This document shows positions 31,015-41,784 of a stretch of 64,000 bases of DNA, piece after piece. Under the pieces are notes generated by a model. It had not been told where the DNA came from, did no database searches, and was given only the letters and a program-made list of their open reading frames with translations. Each line of letters opens with the position of its first letter. Position 1 is the stretch's first letter. The translations under genes and the position numbers were made by a program. This stretch comes from a virus (lineage: Duplodnaviria; Caudoviricetes): positions 96,001 through 160,000 of the IMG/VR virus record IMGVR_UViG_3300029288_007102, one strand, 5' to 3'.

Positions 31015-32304
31015 ATGGCTGACCAATACAACTTTGGGGTGGATTTCCAAAAGCAGATCTTGCGGTTCTTGTTGAACAAAGAAAACCTTCACGAATACCG
31101 GGTGTTTATCCAGGCTGAGTATTTTAGCAACGAGATGCACCGGATGATTTATGGACTTATCCAAACGCACTATGAGAAGTATAAAGAAATCCCGGACCTA
31201 GATATTATGCTGGAAGAAGTAAGGATTTCTCAACAGAGCCTAAATAAAGACTATCTGAACTCGGAAATAAAAACTATTTTTGGAATGCGTGAGGAAAATA
31301 ATTTTGCATATATCCGGGATAAGGTTGTGGAGTTTGCCCAGCACCAAGCAATGAAGAATGCGATATTACAATCTGCGGATGCATTGAAAGTAGGGGATTA
31401 TGCTAAAATTAAGCAGTTGATTGCGGAGGCGAATAAAGTAGGGGATGTCCAAGATCTGGGGTTGGAATATTTTACTTCAATGGCAGATGGTTCATTTTTC
31501 CGAGGGCAGGATCATAAAGATACCCGTATCCAGACGTGCTTGGATGAATTAGATAACTATATGGGTGGAGGGTTGGATTATGGTGAGTTAGGAATAATCT
31601 TGGGGTCAAGTAAAAGAGGGAAGTCGATGTTCCTGGTGAATTTAGGGAAGGCGGCGGTATATTGGGGAAAGAAAGTTGTGCATTATACTTTTGAGTTATC
31701 TTTGAAGAAAACGGCTAAGAGGTATGATAGTACATTCTCAGGGATAGAATATAAAAAACTGGATGATGATCCGGTAGAGATTCGTGATCGGGTAATGAAC
31801 ATCATGAACGAGATGGTTGTCAATGAGGCTTTGGTTATAAAGTCGTACCCGACGAGGAGTTGCTCGGTGGATATGATCGCCTCACATTTAGATCGATTAC
31901 AGGCAAAAGGGTTTTATCCGGATATGTTAGTTGTTGATTATGCGGACATTATGAAAGCAAATCGCCGGATTAACGACAGCTTAAGGGAAGAGGCTAGTAT
32001 CTATGAGGATTTGCGGGGTTTATCTATGAGCAGGAATCTTGCTGTTTGGACCGCATCGCAGGCGGGAAGGCAAGCGTTTGGGAAGGATTTGGTGGAAATG
32101 GAGGACACAGGTGGGACGATCAGTAAGATACAAATTGCTGATTATATTATAACTTTGTGTCAAAACAAGGAAGAAAAAGCCTTGGTGCCTCCGGTCATAA
32201 GGCTGTTTGTTGCTGGTGCCAGAGATGTAAAAGACGGAAGTCATATTAGAGTGCAAACAGACTTTGAGAGAATTTCTATAGGGAGTGTTCCTAAAAATGA
32301 GTGA
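31015..32304 (+). CDS. Replicative DnaB-like helicase
   Basis: GSSKRGKS Walker A, YTFEL, VVDYADIM, WTASQ. Confidence 0.9.
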   Translation: MADQYNFGVDFQKQILRFLLNKENLHEYRVFIQAEYFSNEMHRMIYGLIQTHYEKYKEIPDLDIMLEEVRISQQSLNKDYLNSEIKTIFGMREENNFAYIRDKVVEFAQHQAMKNAILQSADALKVGDYAKIKQLIAEANKVGDVQDLGLEYFTSMADGSFFRGQDHKDTRIQTCLDELDNYMGGGLDYGELGIILGSSKRGKSMFLVNLGKAAVYWGKKVVHYTFELSLKKTAKRYDSTFSGIEYKKLDDDPVEIRDRVMNIMNEMVVNEALVIKSYPTRSCSVDMIASHLDRLQAKGFYPDMLVVDYADIMKANRRINDSLREEASIYEDLRGLSMSRNLAVWTASQAGRQAFGKDLVEMEDTGGTISKIQIADYIITLCQNKEEKALVPPVIRLFVAGARDVKDGSHIRVQTDFERISIGSVPKNE

Positions 32305-33237
32305 TCTCTTTGCAACCATAAAAGCAAGATTTCCGGAAGCGTATCTGGATAAACATAACCATGAGATAATTATTACTTGTCCGGTGCAGGGGTGTGGTAA
32401 ACCAAAACATTTTGGGATTAATCAGAAAAAGTTGGTGGTGCATTGTTGGAAGTGTGGATATGGGGGGAAGTTAAGTAAGTTTTTACGGGACTTTAACATA
32501 GAGTTTGACGGGGATCTAACAGCTGAGCCAATGGTTGAGCAGAAAGAGGAAGGAGAATTGGCGACAGTTGCATTCCCGCAGGGGTTTAAATTGTTGCCGG
32601 ATAAGAGCGTAATGGGCGGTTTGGCGATGAATTATCTCTTGAATGTACGCAAGCTCCCGTTGGAGACAATAACGGCTTATAGCTGGGGTATTGCAGTTCA
32701 GGGGCATTTGCAGGGAGGATTATCATCCCGATCTTTGAAGAAGAAAAATTAGTGTATTACCTGGGGCGGTCGTTTCTGGGTGGGATTTACAGGAAAGTGA
32801 AGAACCCGGCAAAATTAGAGCATGGCCAACAGAAGAAGCAGGGGGAAGAGTATCTCCCTAATGGTAAGGCCCAAGTGGTATTTAATATAGATGGGGTATC
32901 CAGGTATGGACGTCGCTGTATTATTACTGAGGGGGTGTTTGACGCCATGCGGACGGGGACCGAAGCGGTAGCGTTATTGGGAAAAGAGATCTCAAATGTT
33001 CAGTTTAACAAATTGCTTGGCAAGAGGTGTGATGAGTATGTGGTGATGTTGGATTCGGATGCTCAAGATACAGCAATGAGATTGGCTGAGAGGTTGGCGG
33101 CGATAGTACCGACCAGGGTAGCAAAAGTTCCGGCACCATATGATCCGGCAGACTATCCAGGAGATATTCGGGATATCCTTGACAAGGCACAGATTTATGA
33201 TTATGATTTAAGTCTGCAATTTATTCTAGGATCTTAG
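32285..33237 (+). CDS. DNA primase (Zn finger + TOPRIM), split by a -1 frameshift near 32681
   Basis: CPVQGC..HCWKCG Zn finger in the first ORF; LGYC..G..AGRIIIP..YYLGR, ITEGVFDA and LDSDA in the -1 frame. Confidence 0.85.
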
Positions 33238-33246
33238 GGGTGGAAG

Positions 33247-34581
33247 TTGGAGCTTATATTAGGAGATTGTCTGGAAGAGCTTAAGAAGTTGCCAGAAAAT
33301 AGTATTGATGCGATAGTTACAGATCCTCCTGCTGGAATTTCGTTCATGTCTGCTGACTGGGATCACAATAAGGGGGGGAGGGATCAATGGGTAAAATGGT
33401 TGAGGGAAGTTATGGGGGAGGCGAGGAGGACATTAAAGCCTGGTGGACACGCTTTGGTTTGGGCCTTGCCTCGGACTTCCCATTGGACGGCTCTTGCTTT
33501 AGAGGATGCTGGCTTTGAGATAAGAGATTGTATTTATCATATTTTTGGCTCGGGGTTCCCTAAAAATTTAGATCTAGGGAAAGCGGTAGATAAACTCCAA
33601 GGGAATAAGAGGGAAGTTGTTGGCCGGAATCCTAATAGCCGGGAAAACTGTGATAAGACTAATACGATTTATGAAAGTGGGACTGTAGGTAAAACAGATT
33701 TTATAACTAAAGGATCTTCTGAGTGGGAGGGTTGGGGGACAGCACTCAAGCCTGCGGTAGAGTGTTGGTGGCTTGTTAGAAATCCGATCTCAGAGAAAAC
33801 CATAGTGGAGAATGTTTTGAAGTGGGGCGTTGGCGGTTTGGCTATTGATAACTGCCGGGTAGGTCTGGAGGGGGAGAAACAGCCGAAAGGTAGTGCTAAA
33901 AGGGTCTATGAATCTAATCAGTGGGCAAAAGAAAAGAAGTATGGAGATAATACAACTACCCCGGAAGCAGGAAGATTCCCGGCAAACCTTGTCCTTGAAT
34001 GTATTTGTAATGAGGTAATAACTGAACCGACAGAAATAAAAGAACCGGAAGAAGTATCTGGTGGGATTTTCTCTCCGTCAACAGGGAAGCCAGCTGGGCG
34101 AACTTATAAAGGGGGAAGACAGATTCACACTAATCCAGAGTGTCCGTGTTATATGTTGGATAGGCAAAGTGGGTTATTAAAAAGCGGGATAATGAAGGCG
34201 GGGCAGAAAAGAAAGAAGAGTCTCGGTCTTGGTGGGTATCACGATCATATGCCTGACGAAGCTTCTGCTGAAGGTACTTATGGGGATTCAGGTGGTGCCT
34301 CTCGGTTCTTTTATCAAGCTAAAGCCTCCCGATCTGAAAAGAATGAGGGGTGTGGAGAGAACAAACATCCTTCTGTTAAATCAGTTTCTTTGATGGAGTT
34401 CCTGGTTAAACTAATTACTAGGGAGGGACAAGTGGTGTTAGATCCTTTTGCGGGTACATTTACTACGGGGGTTGCTTGTGTGAATTTGTGGCGAGATTTT
34501 GTTGGGATAGAAAAAGAGGTAGAGTATTTTAAGATAGGGGAAGCGAGAATGGTAAATGCTATAAACAAAAAAGATTTATAA
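33247..34581 (+). CDS. DNA N6-adenine/N4-cytosine methyltransferase (beta class)
   Basis: GDCLE, IVTDPPAG motif IV variant, HPSVK, VLDPFAGTFTTG motif I. Confidence 0.88.
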   Translation: MELILGDCLEELKKLPENSIDAIVTDPPAGISFMSADWDHNKGGRDQWVKWLREVMGEARRTLKPGGHALVWALPRTSHWTALALEDAGFEIRDCIYHIFGSGFPKNLDLGKAVDKLQGNKREVVGRNPNSRENCDKTNTIYESGTVGKTDFITKGSSEWEGWGTALKPAVECWWLVRNPISEKTIVENVLKWGVGGLAIDNCRVGLEGEKQPKGSAKRVYESNQWAKEKKYGDNTTTPEAGRFPANLVLECICNEVITEPTEIKEPEEVSGGIFSPSTGKPAGRTYKGGRQIHTNPECPCYMLDRQSGLLKSGIMKAGQKRKKSLGLGGYHDHMPDEASAEGTYGDSGGASRFFYQAKASRSEKNEGCGENKHPSVKSVSLMEFLVKLITREGQVVLDPFAGTFTTGVACVNLWRDFVGIEKEVEYFKIGEARMVNAINKKDL

Positions 34582-35389
34582 TTGATGCTTGGCGTGGGGG
34601 TAAAATGAAGGAGTATAAGGTCTATGATAGTTGTTTTGGTCGAAGTTATGATGCGAACATTAAGGAGTGTAAGAATTGTGAGGTGACAGAGGAATGTAAG
34701 TTAAGGCTGATTGAGTATAGTAAGAAGAGGCGGGGTGGCGGCAAAATAGAAGGTTCTTCTAACCCTTTTCGCTTAGGGACAGCGATGTATGTTTGTTATG
34801 AGAATTTAAGGCAAGGTGGGACATTTAAGACTTTAGTTTGCCGGGTTACAGAAGAATTAAAAAAGAGAAAGATAAGGTGTATAAATGTCCCAAAAAGGTT
34901 GAGGGAGGTGTTATATGAGTGTCGTCAAGGAAAGACACATAGAGGGGGAGAATTGATTTATAGTGTTGAAGATAAAATATATAAGGTTGTGGATAAAAAT
35001 ATTTAAGGAGGGGCTATGCCGGATTTTGTGTTTGGGCTTATCGTTGGGATTTGCAGTATAGTGATAGTGTATAGAATCTATGAAAATCATAAAGAGGCAA
35101 AGGAGGAAGAGAAGAAGTGGGAAGAGGAGAAGTTGGAGAGAAAGATCGTAGAGGTTGTGGGGAAGGCTTTACAGACGAGCAACCCTAAAATGAAGATAGA
35201 ATATTTTGGAAGTCTTGGGAGAATTGAGTTTCGTTTTATTAACGAGTTTGTTTCTGCATACAATGGGCTGGTTGAGGAGTTTAAAGAGCAAGAGGAATCT
35301 TTTAATGTTTTACTTGAAGAACTTGGGTATAAAGGAATTTGGCAGAAGGATAAATTTGTATTAATACCGAGTAAAAGAAAAGAGTAATT

Positions 35390-38300
35390 ATGGCTGGTAA
35401 ATTTTGTCATCTTCATGTCCATACAACATTTTCTTTGCTGGATGGCCTAGGTACTCCGGCGAAGCTTGCGGAAAAGGCAAAGCAGCTGGGGTTTACTGCC
35501 CTGGCACAAACAGATCACGGCAACATTGATGGGGCGATAAAATTTTATTCTGCGATGAAGAAGCAGGGTGTAAAGCCAATCATCGGGGTAGAGCTCTATG
35601 TGGTTGATAATCTATATGAAAAGCCGGAGAAAGAGAAACGGTATCATATGTTGGCCCTCTGCAAAAGCAACAACGGCTTTGTCAATCTTATGAAGATGTT
35701 GACCGTATCAAATCTTGACGGATTTTATAGGAGACCCAGGATTGATATGAAACTTCTAGATCTCTATGGGGGGGATCTGATAATTCTCACTGGGTGTAGT
35801 GAGGGGATACTGAAACGGCCAGATGGAATTGAATTGGCAAAAAAATTAAAAAAGAAATATGGTGATGATTTTTATCTAGAGATAATGCCTCATCATTATA
35901 AACCGCAAGTGGAAATGAATAATTTTTTATATAAACTTTCTCGGGAGCTTTCTATCCCTCTGGTTTCCACCAATGATAATCATTATCTAGACAAAGAGGG
36001 CTCGGTGGTCCAGGAAGTATTGCTTGCTATACAAAATAAAGTAGAATGGAAAGATCCTAATCGATGGAAATTTAGTTTTAATGGATTATATATGAGAACT
36101 TACGAAGAGATGTTGTTGGAGTACAAGTCTCAGGGGTCTGACATCCCTTCTAGTGTTATAACTGAATCTTTGGAACGGACAATGGAAATTGCGGACAAGT
36201 GTAATGTGTCTCTGGAGAAAGAGCGGGTGGATCTGCCGCTACCTCCGGCATTGAAGGGGCAAGAAGAAATTCAAGCGTTAATGGATTTGTGTATGGAAGG
36301 GTGGAGGGAAAAATTTCCCTTGATGTCGGGAGAGGAGGAAAAGGTTTATTATGGGAGGTTGGATGAAGAGCTTCAGGCTATTATTAATTTTGGCTATACT
36401 CGGTACTTTCTACTTGTATGGGATGTCCGGCGGTGGGCAAGAGAAAAAGGCATGTTCCTCGGCTGGGGTAGGGGATCGGCTCCAAGTTCTTTTGTCTGTT
36501 ATCTACTCGGAATTACAGGAGTGGACCCGATTAAGTATAAATTGTTGTTCAGTAGATTTATTGCCAAAGGGAGAATCGATCTTCCGGACATTGATCTTGA
36601 TTTCCCGGACACAAAGCGGGATCTAATTAAACAATACTTGCGGGATACTTATGGGGAGAACAATGTGGCAGCCATATCCACATTTATGTATCTGCATGGA
36701 AGATCGGCAATTAAAGATGTGGCCAGGGTCTTTGATGTGCCATTGGTAGAAGTGAATGAGTGTACGAAGGAAATAATCGACTACCCTCCCGGGGAAGATG
36801 AAGGCAGGTCAGAGATCCTGGAATCTTGTGCTCAGTTTGAGACTGTGAAAAAATTTAAGAAGAAGTATCCTCAGGTGATAAAGGTTGCGGCTGAACTTGA
36901 AGGGGAGATTAGGAATAAAGGGATGCATGCTGCCGGGATGGTTATTTCTTCTACTCCATTGAATGAGGGCATTAAATGTGTTCTGCATAAGATGAAAGGT
37001 GAATTAGTAGTTAACTGGGATAAACATGATTTGGACAATGTTGGTTTGATAAAGTTGGATGTTTTAGGATTGAATACGTTAAGTATGTTTGAAATCTGCC
37101 TTGACTTGATTAAGAAGAATCGTGGGGTTGATTTGGACTTATATTCTCTGAAGCCTAGAGACCAGAGAGTATTTGAGGAGTTTAGTAAAGGGGAAACGGA
37201 AGGGGTATTCCAATTCTTAAGCACTGGGCTGTCAAAATATTGTGAGCGGATAGGAATCTCTGATATAGAGGACTTGGTGGCCCTAAATGCTTTACATAGG
37301 CCGGGTGGGCTGAAAAGCGGAACCCTTGAGTCGTATGAGGCCCTCAAGAAAGGGAAAAAGCGTCCGATATATTTATGTGAAGAGTATAAGCAGATTACAG
37401 AGGAAACTTTTGGTTTGGTGATCTATCAGGAACAGATTATGCAGATTTTCCATAGACTGGCGGGCTTTACTTGGGAGCAGGCGGATTCAATTAGAAAGAT
37501 TGTGGCGAAATCCCAAGGGGAAATTGCGTTTAATAAATATAAGACTGAATTTGTTAATGGCTGTCTGGATAAGGGGACATTAAATAGGGAGCAGGCGGAT
37601 GCGTTGTTTAAAACTATGGCGTTCTCTGCGGGGTATAGTTTTAATCGGAGCCATGCTGTTGTCTACACTTTGCTTGGATATTTTTGTCAGTACCTAAAAG
37701 TTTATTACCCGGCAGAGTTTATATTGGCTTCACTGATGACTTCTGATAGCGATAAACAGATAGATTATATCCGGGAGGCACGTAGGCTGGGGATGAAAGT
37801 GGGGACTGTGGATATAAACCGATCTGGGTTGAATTGGGAAATATACGAGAATACTTTACTGCCGGGTTTTTTAATCATTAAAGGGATTGGTGACAAGGTG
37901 GCTTCCAATATTATGGAGTACCGGAATAAGATTGGCGTGTTTACAAGTTTTGATCATTTTCTGGGTTCAGTGGAGAAGAAAGCGGTCAATAAGAAGTCGG
38001 TGGAATCCTTGGTTAAGGCTGGTGCGTTTGATAAGATGGAGACGAACCGAAACATCTTGTTTGCCAAATTGAATGGAGATCCGATAGAGAAGGTGGATCA
38101 ACTTACGGAAGAGGAAAGGATGAAACAGTTGGATGAGGTTATGCCGTTTGAATTTAACCCTGACCCCTTATATATTTACCGCTCCCTCATCAAAGAGCTT
38201 GGGTCTGTGCTTTCGACTGTTAAGATAGTAGAAGCAACAAGGGCGGTAGATCGCCCTAGGTATTTTATAGGGAAGATGTTGAGTGTGGACTTCAGCCGTA

Positions 38301-39115
38301 AAGGGCAGGATGTAACTAGTGTCTATGGGGAGTTTGAAGATGAGAGTGGTTTGGCAAATCTTATATTCAGCTCTAAGGTTTATGGTCATTATAAAGAGAA
38401 GATAGAAAAACTGGCGGGTAAATATATCTTGGTGTTGGCGGGTTATTCTCCGACCAAAGGATCAATGTTGGCGGACAAGTTGTGGTTGTTGGAAGACATA
38501 GTGAATCTAAACTTTGGTAGTGATAAATTGATTTTGCCGTTGATCAAAAATACGGATTTAGATATTGATGGTTGTTCAATTTGTCGGGAGTGTAAACTTA
38601 GAAATAACGCCAGGTCGCCAGTAGGTGTGCAGAAAGGTAAGTGGAATGTTATGATTGTTGGTGAGGCACCAGGGGCAGAGGAGGATAGGTTGGGGGTCCC
38701 ATATATCGGGTCTGCCGGGAAATTATTGAATGATACTTTGGTGAAGTATGATTTGCGTAGAGAGCTTTTTTATGTTTCTAATTGTGTTAAATGTAAGCCG
38801 TTTAATGGTCCAAAAGATCCAAAGACTCCAAGTTTAGATTTGGTAAGGAAGTGTTCTGAGTTGTGGTTAGATAATGAAATTAGGGATATAGCTCCGAAGA
38901 TAATTTTTGCTACAGGGAACACCCCGTTGTATTTTTTTACGGGGAAGGAAACTGGAATCTCGGACAAGAATGCAACAATGCAATGGAATAAGGAATATAA
39001 TTGTTGGATAATTTTCTCAATACACCCGGCGGCTGTGTTATATCATAGGGAAAATCAGATAATGTTCGACCAGGCGGTAAAGATGTTGGCAGAGAAAATA
39101 GCTTATTTATTATAA
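35390..39115 (+). CDS. dnaE: DNA polymerase III alpha (family C) fused to C-terminal family-4 uracil-DNA glycosylase
   Basis: PHP HLHVHT.FSLLDG/TDHG, GRGSA, PDIDLDF, KLDVLGL, YSFNRSHA; C-terminal CRECKL..GEAPG..NCVKC..HPAA. Confidence 0.93.
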   Translation: MAGKFCHLHVHTTFSLLDGLGTPAKLAEKAKQLGFTALAQTDHGNIDGAIKFYSAMKKQGVKPIIGVELYVVDNLYEKPEKEKRYHMLALCKSNNGFVNLMKMLTVSNLDGFYRRPRIDMKLLDLYGGDLIILTGCSEGILKRPDGIELAKKLKKKYGDDFYLEIMPHHYKPQVEMNNFLYKLSRELSIPLVSTNDNHYLDKEGSVVQEVLLAIQNKVEWKDPNRWKFSFNGLYMRTYEEMLLEYKSQGSDIPSSVITESLERTMEIADKCNVSLEKERVDLPLPPALKGQEEIQALMDLCMEGWREKFPLMSGEEEKVYYGRLDEELQAIINFGYTRYFLLVWDVRRWAREKGMFLGWGRGSAPSSFVCYLLGITGVDPIKYKLLFSRFIAKGRIDLPDIDLDFPDTKRDLIKQYLRDTYGENNVAAISTFMYLHGRSAIKDVARVFDVPLVEVNECTKEIIDYPPGEDEGRSEILESCAQFETVKKFKKKYPQVIKVAAELEGEIRNKGMHAAGMVISSTPLNEGIKCVLHKMKGELVVNWDKHDLDNVGLIKLDVLGLNTLSMFEICLDLIKKNRGVDLDLYSLKPRDQRVFEEFSKGETEGVFQFLSTGLSKYCERIGISDIEDLVALNALHRPGGLKSGTLESYEALKKGKKRPIYLCEEYKQITEETFGLVIYQEQIMQIFHRLAGFTWEQADSIRKIVAKSQGEIAFNKYKTEFVNGCLDKGTLNREQADALFKTMAFSAGYSFNRSHAVVYTLLGYFCQYLKVYYPAEFILASLMTSDSDKQIDYIREARRLGMKVGTVDINRSGLNWEIYENTLLPGFLIIKGIGDKVASNIMEYRNKIGVFTSFDHFLGSVEKKAVNKKSVESLVKAGAFDKMETNRNILFAKLNGDPIEKVDQLTEEERMKQLDEVMPFEFNPDPLYIYRSLIKELGSVLSTVKIVEATRAVDRPRYFIGKMLSVDFSRKGQDVTSVYGEFEDESGLANLIFSSKVYGHYKEKIEKLAGKYILVLAGYSPTKGSMLADKLWLLEDIVNLNFGSDKLILPLIKNTDLDIDGCSICRECKLRNNARSPVGVQKGKWNVMIVGEAPGAEEDRLGVPYIGSAGKLLNDTLVKYDLRRELFYVSNCVKCKPFNGPKDPKTPSLDLVRKCSELWLDNEIRDIAPKIIFATGNTPLYFFTGKETGISDKNATMQWNKEYNCWIIFSIHPAAVLYHRENQIMFDQAVKMLAEKIAYLL

Positions 39116-39125
39116 GGGGGGTAGC

Positions 39126-39287
39126 GTGGAAGACAAGCCGAGATATAGAGTAAGATTGACGATTGAGTTGGACGATGTGGCGTTGAGAAATAAGGTTAAG
39201 AGTAAAGCCGCAGCACGTGGCTTGGGGATAAGAGAGGCAGTGATCTTGCTGTTGAAGAAGTGGGTTGCAGGTAAAATAAAAATATGA
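39126..39287 (+). CDS. Small ribbon-helix-helix (ParG/CopG-like) DNA-binding protein, below the ORF-track cutoff
   Basis: MEDKPRYRVRLTIELDDVALRNKVKSKAAARGLGIREAVILLLKKWVAGKIKI; G-rich SD. Confidence 0.6.
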   Translation: MEDKPRYRVRLTIELDDVALRNKVKSKAAARGLGIREAVILLLKKWVAGKIKI

Positions 39288-39305
39288 CCATAAGGGGGTG
39301 ATGTA

Positions 39306-39785
39306 ATGAAGATGAGTGTCAACAAGTTTGACAAGGAACATCTGGAGGTGGAGTTTGCAATGAAGAATGGCATTGAAAAGATGGATGTGTTGGCGGAATT
39401 AAAGATTGACAGTAATAACTTGGATGTAGAGTTAGGGCAACAGCCAAGAAGTTTTTGCTTCTATTCTACTATCCTGGCCGATGCCGAGGATGCTACAGAG
39501 AGGGCGAAGATGAATATGTCTGTAGTGGAAGCGGACTTAGATCAAAAGATAAGGGCAAAGGCGATTGCAGATAAGACTAAGGTGACGGAAGATTCTATTA
39601 CCAATATAATCAAATCTTCCAAGGAGCACATTGAGGCTAAGACTGCTTGGCTTGATTGCAAGCGTGATGAGGGTAAAATTCGGGCTTATGTGGAGGCGTG
39701 GGCTCAGAGAAAGGATATGTTGAAGGCGATAGCGGGAAGGGCAATGTATGAAAAAGATTTAAATGTAATGAAACAAAATACTTAG
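39306..39785 (+). CDS. UvsY-like recombination mediator
   Basis: LKID..NL..EL..QP, coiled coil, A..QRKDML; lies upstream of SSB/RecA. Confidence 0.6.
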   Translation: MKMSVNKFDKEHLEVEFAMKNGIEKMDVLAELKIDSNNLDVELGQQPRSFCFYSTILADAEDATERAKMNMSVVEADLDQKIRAKAIADKTKVTEDSITNIIKSSKEHIEAKTAWLDCKRDEGKIRAYVEAWAQRKDMLKAIAGRAMYEKDLNVMKQNT

Positions 39786-39797
39786 AGGAGGAATGAA

Positions 39798-40730
39798 ATG
39801 GTAGACAATAATGGAGTTGGGATGGACGATGAGATAAGGGAGGTATATGAACGGCTTAACAGGGAGAGTGATACAAATTTTTGGAAGCCGAAAGAAACAA
39901 CCAAGACATTCAAAAATATGATCCGGGTTCTGCCAGGCTGTTTTGGCAACAAGTTTTATAAAGAGATTCACTCGCATGGAGGCATAGTGGAGGGCCAGAA
40001 GTCGGTGGTGTGTCCTTTGATGACATTTAAGAGACCCTGCCCGATATGTGAATTCCGGGATAGTTTACAGAAGCAACTTGGGAAGAATGCTACCAAAGAG
40101 GATCTGGAGTTGATCAAGAACCTTAAACCTTATCGTTATTGGTATATGAACATTTTGGACCGGAACGAAGAAGGTAAAGGTATCCAGGTCTATACTGCCA
40201 ACAAGACAGTGTTTAGCAAGATCCTGGAGTACTATTTTAATAATCAATGGGGTAATAAGCTTAACGATCCTAAAGAAGGGTTTGACTTGGAAGTTGTACG
40301 GCACGGTCAGGGGATGGCTTCTGATTACGATGTAGTGCCGAATAGGATGCCAAGTGTTTTGGATGAGGCTTATTTAGCTCAGGCGAAAGATCTGTCGATT
40401 TATGCCAAGGAAAAGACTTATGAAGAGTTGCAGGAGTTCTTGAGTCTTAGTTCTGGTGAGCCTTCAGCTGAGGCTAATCCTCCTGCGAACGGGAAGGATG
40501 AAGCTAGCCCTTCTAAGCCAAGATGTTTTGGCCAGTATGCAGAGGGTGATCGGTTCTGTGCCCAATGTGGTGTTAAGTTAGAATGCAAACCCCCTAACAA
40601 GGAACCTGTAGCAAAGGAGCCTGCTCAGGCGAAGGAAGCTCCGGTGGATGCTGCTAAGACTGACTCTGCTGTAGAGGAAACAAGAGCAAAATTGATGGAG
40701 AAGTATAAACAGATGAAGAAAGGAAAATAG
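39798..40730 (+). CDS. gp32-like single-stranded DNA-binding protein
   Basis: FWKP...IRVLP, H..C......CPICE, DPKEGFD. Confidence 0.7.
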   Translation: MVDNNGVGMDDEIREVYERLNRESDTNFWKPKETTKTFKNMIRVLPGCFGNKFYKEIHSHGGIVEGQKSVVCPLMTFKRPCPICEFRDSLQKQLGKNATKEDLELIKNLKPYRYWYMNILDRNEEGKGIQVYTANKTVFSKILEYYFNNQWGNKLNDPKEGFDLEVVRHGQGMASDYDVVPNRMPSVLDEAYLAQAKDLSIYAKEKTYEELQEFLSLSSGEPSAEANPPANGKDEASPSKPRCFGQYAEGDRFCAQCGVKLECKPPNKEPVAKEPAQAKEAPVDAAKTDSAVEETRAKLMEKYKQMKKGK

Positions 40731-40731
40731 T

Positions 40732-41784
40732 ATGGTAAAAAAAGCAGATCTGCCTGAGGGGAAGAAGAATATGGATCCTTTAGCTGCCTCCATTGTTAAT
40801 GCTGTCAGTAAGAAGTATGGTGATGGAGTTGTATTTATGGCAGACGAAGCGGATGCCCCTTATAAGATTTCAGCTTTTATTCCTACCGGGAATATTGTGT
40901 TAGATAAGATTTGTGGTGGCGGGATCCCGGTAGGAAGGATTACTGAGATTTATGGGGATTTCAGTACAGGAAAGTCGGCGTTGGCTTACAAGATTCTGGC
41001 TAATACGCAGAAGATGGGTGGGGTGGCAATCTTATTTGATACAGAGATGGCCTATGATGCGGAGTGGGCGGAAAGAGTTTTTGGCCTGGACCCACATAAT
41101 CTTATACCAATGATGGTTGATACCATTGAAGAGTTTGCTGAGCTGGTTAGTTTCACCATAGAAGACGCTAAAGCGAAAAGAGATGGTAGGATAATAACTA
41201 TAGTCTTGGACAGTGTAGCGGCGACCAGCTTCAAAACAGAGATGGACGGTACTAGGGCCAGTGAAATGGGGAAGAGAGGCGGTCTTTGGTCTGAATGGCT
41301 GAGAAAGAATAGCCGGATGATAGCCAAAGAGAAGGTTGCTTTGGTTTTCATTAATCAAATAAGAGATAAGATGAACGTGATGTATGGTGCTAAAACGGAC
41401 ACGCCTGGTGGACACGCAATTAAATTTCACTCCTCTATCCGTTTGAAGATGAAGAATGTGGAAGACATTAAGGATGAAAAGACGAAGGAAGTGATCGGGG
41501 CAAGGATTGAGTTATTTACGGAGAAGAATAAGATTGCCCCTCCTTCTAAGACTGCCACGTTTGTATTAGATTTTGAGAAAGGGATCGGATTGTATGATGG
41601 GCTGTTGGATTATTTATGTAATCGTGGGGTGATTCAACAGGCTGGTGGATGGTACAACTATGGTACTAAGAAGAAATTTAGAAGCTCCGATTTTGAGGAA
41701 GTTCTTAAGGAGTTCCCTGAGCTTTTGGATTTAACCCAGAAAGCAACCGAAAGCGAGTTGAAGAATGAGGAGCCTACTTCTTGA
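40732..41784 (+). CDS. recA: RecA/UvsX recombinase
   Basis: GGIPVGRITEIYG.FSTGKS, LDSVAA, FINQIR, TPGG.AIKF, KNKIAPP. Confidence 0.93.
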   Translation: MVKKADLPEGKKNMDPLAASIVNAVSKKYGDGVVFMADEADAPYKISAFIPTGNIVLDKICGGGIPVGRITEIYGDFSTGKSALAYKILANTQKMGGVAILFDTEMAYDAEWAERVFGLDPHNLIPMMVDTIEEFAELVSFTIEDAKAKRDGRIITIVLDSVAATSFKTEMDGTRASEMGKRGGLWSEWLRKNSRMIAKEKVALVFINQIRDKMNVMYGAKTDTPGGHAIKFHSSIRLKMKNVEDIKDEKTKEVIGARIELFTEKNKIAPPSKTATFVLDFEKGIGLYDGLLDYLCNRGVIQQAGGWYNYGTKKKFRSSDFEEVLKEFPELLDLTQKATESELKNEEPTS

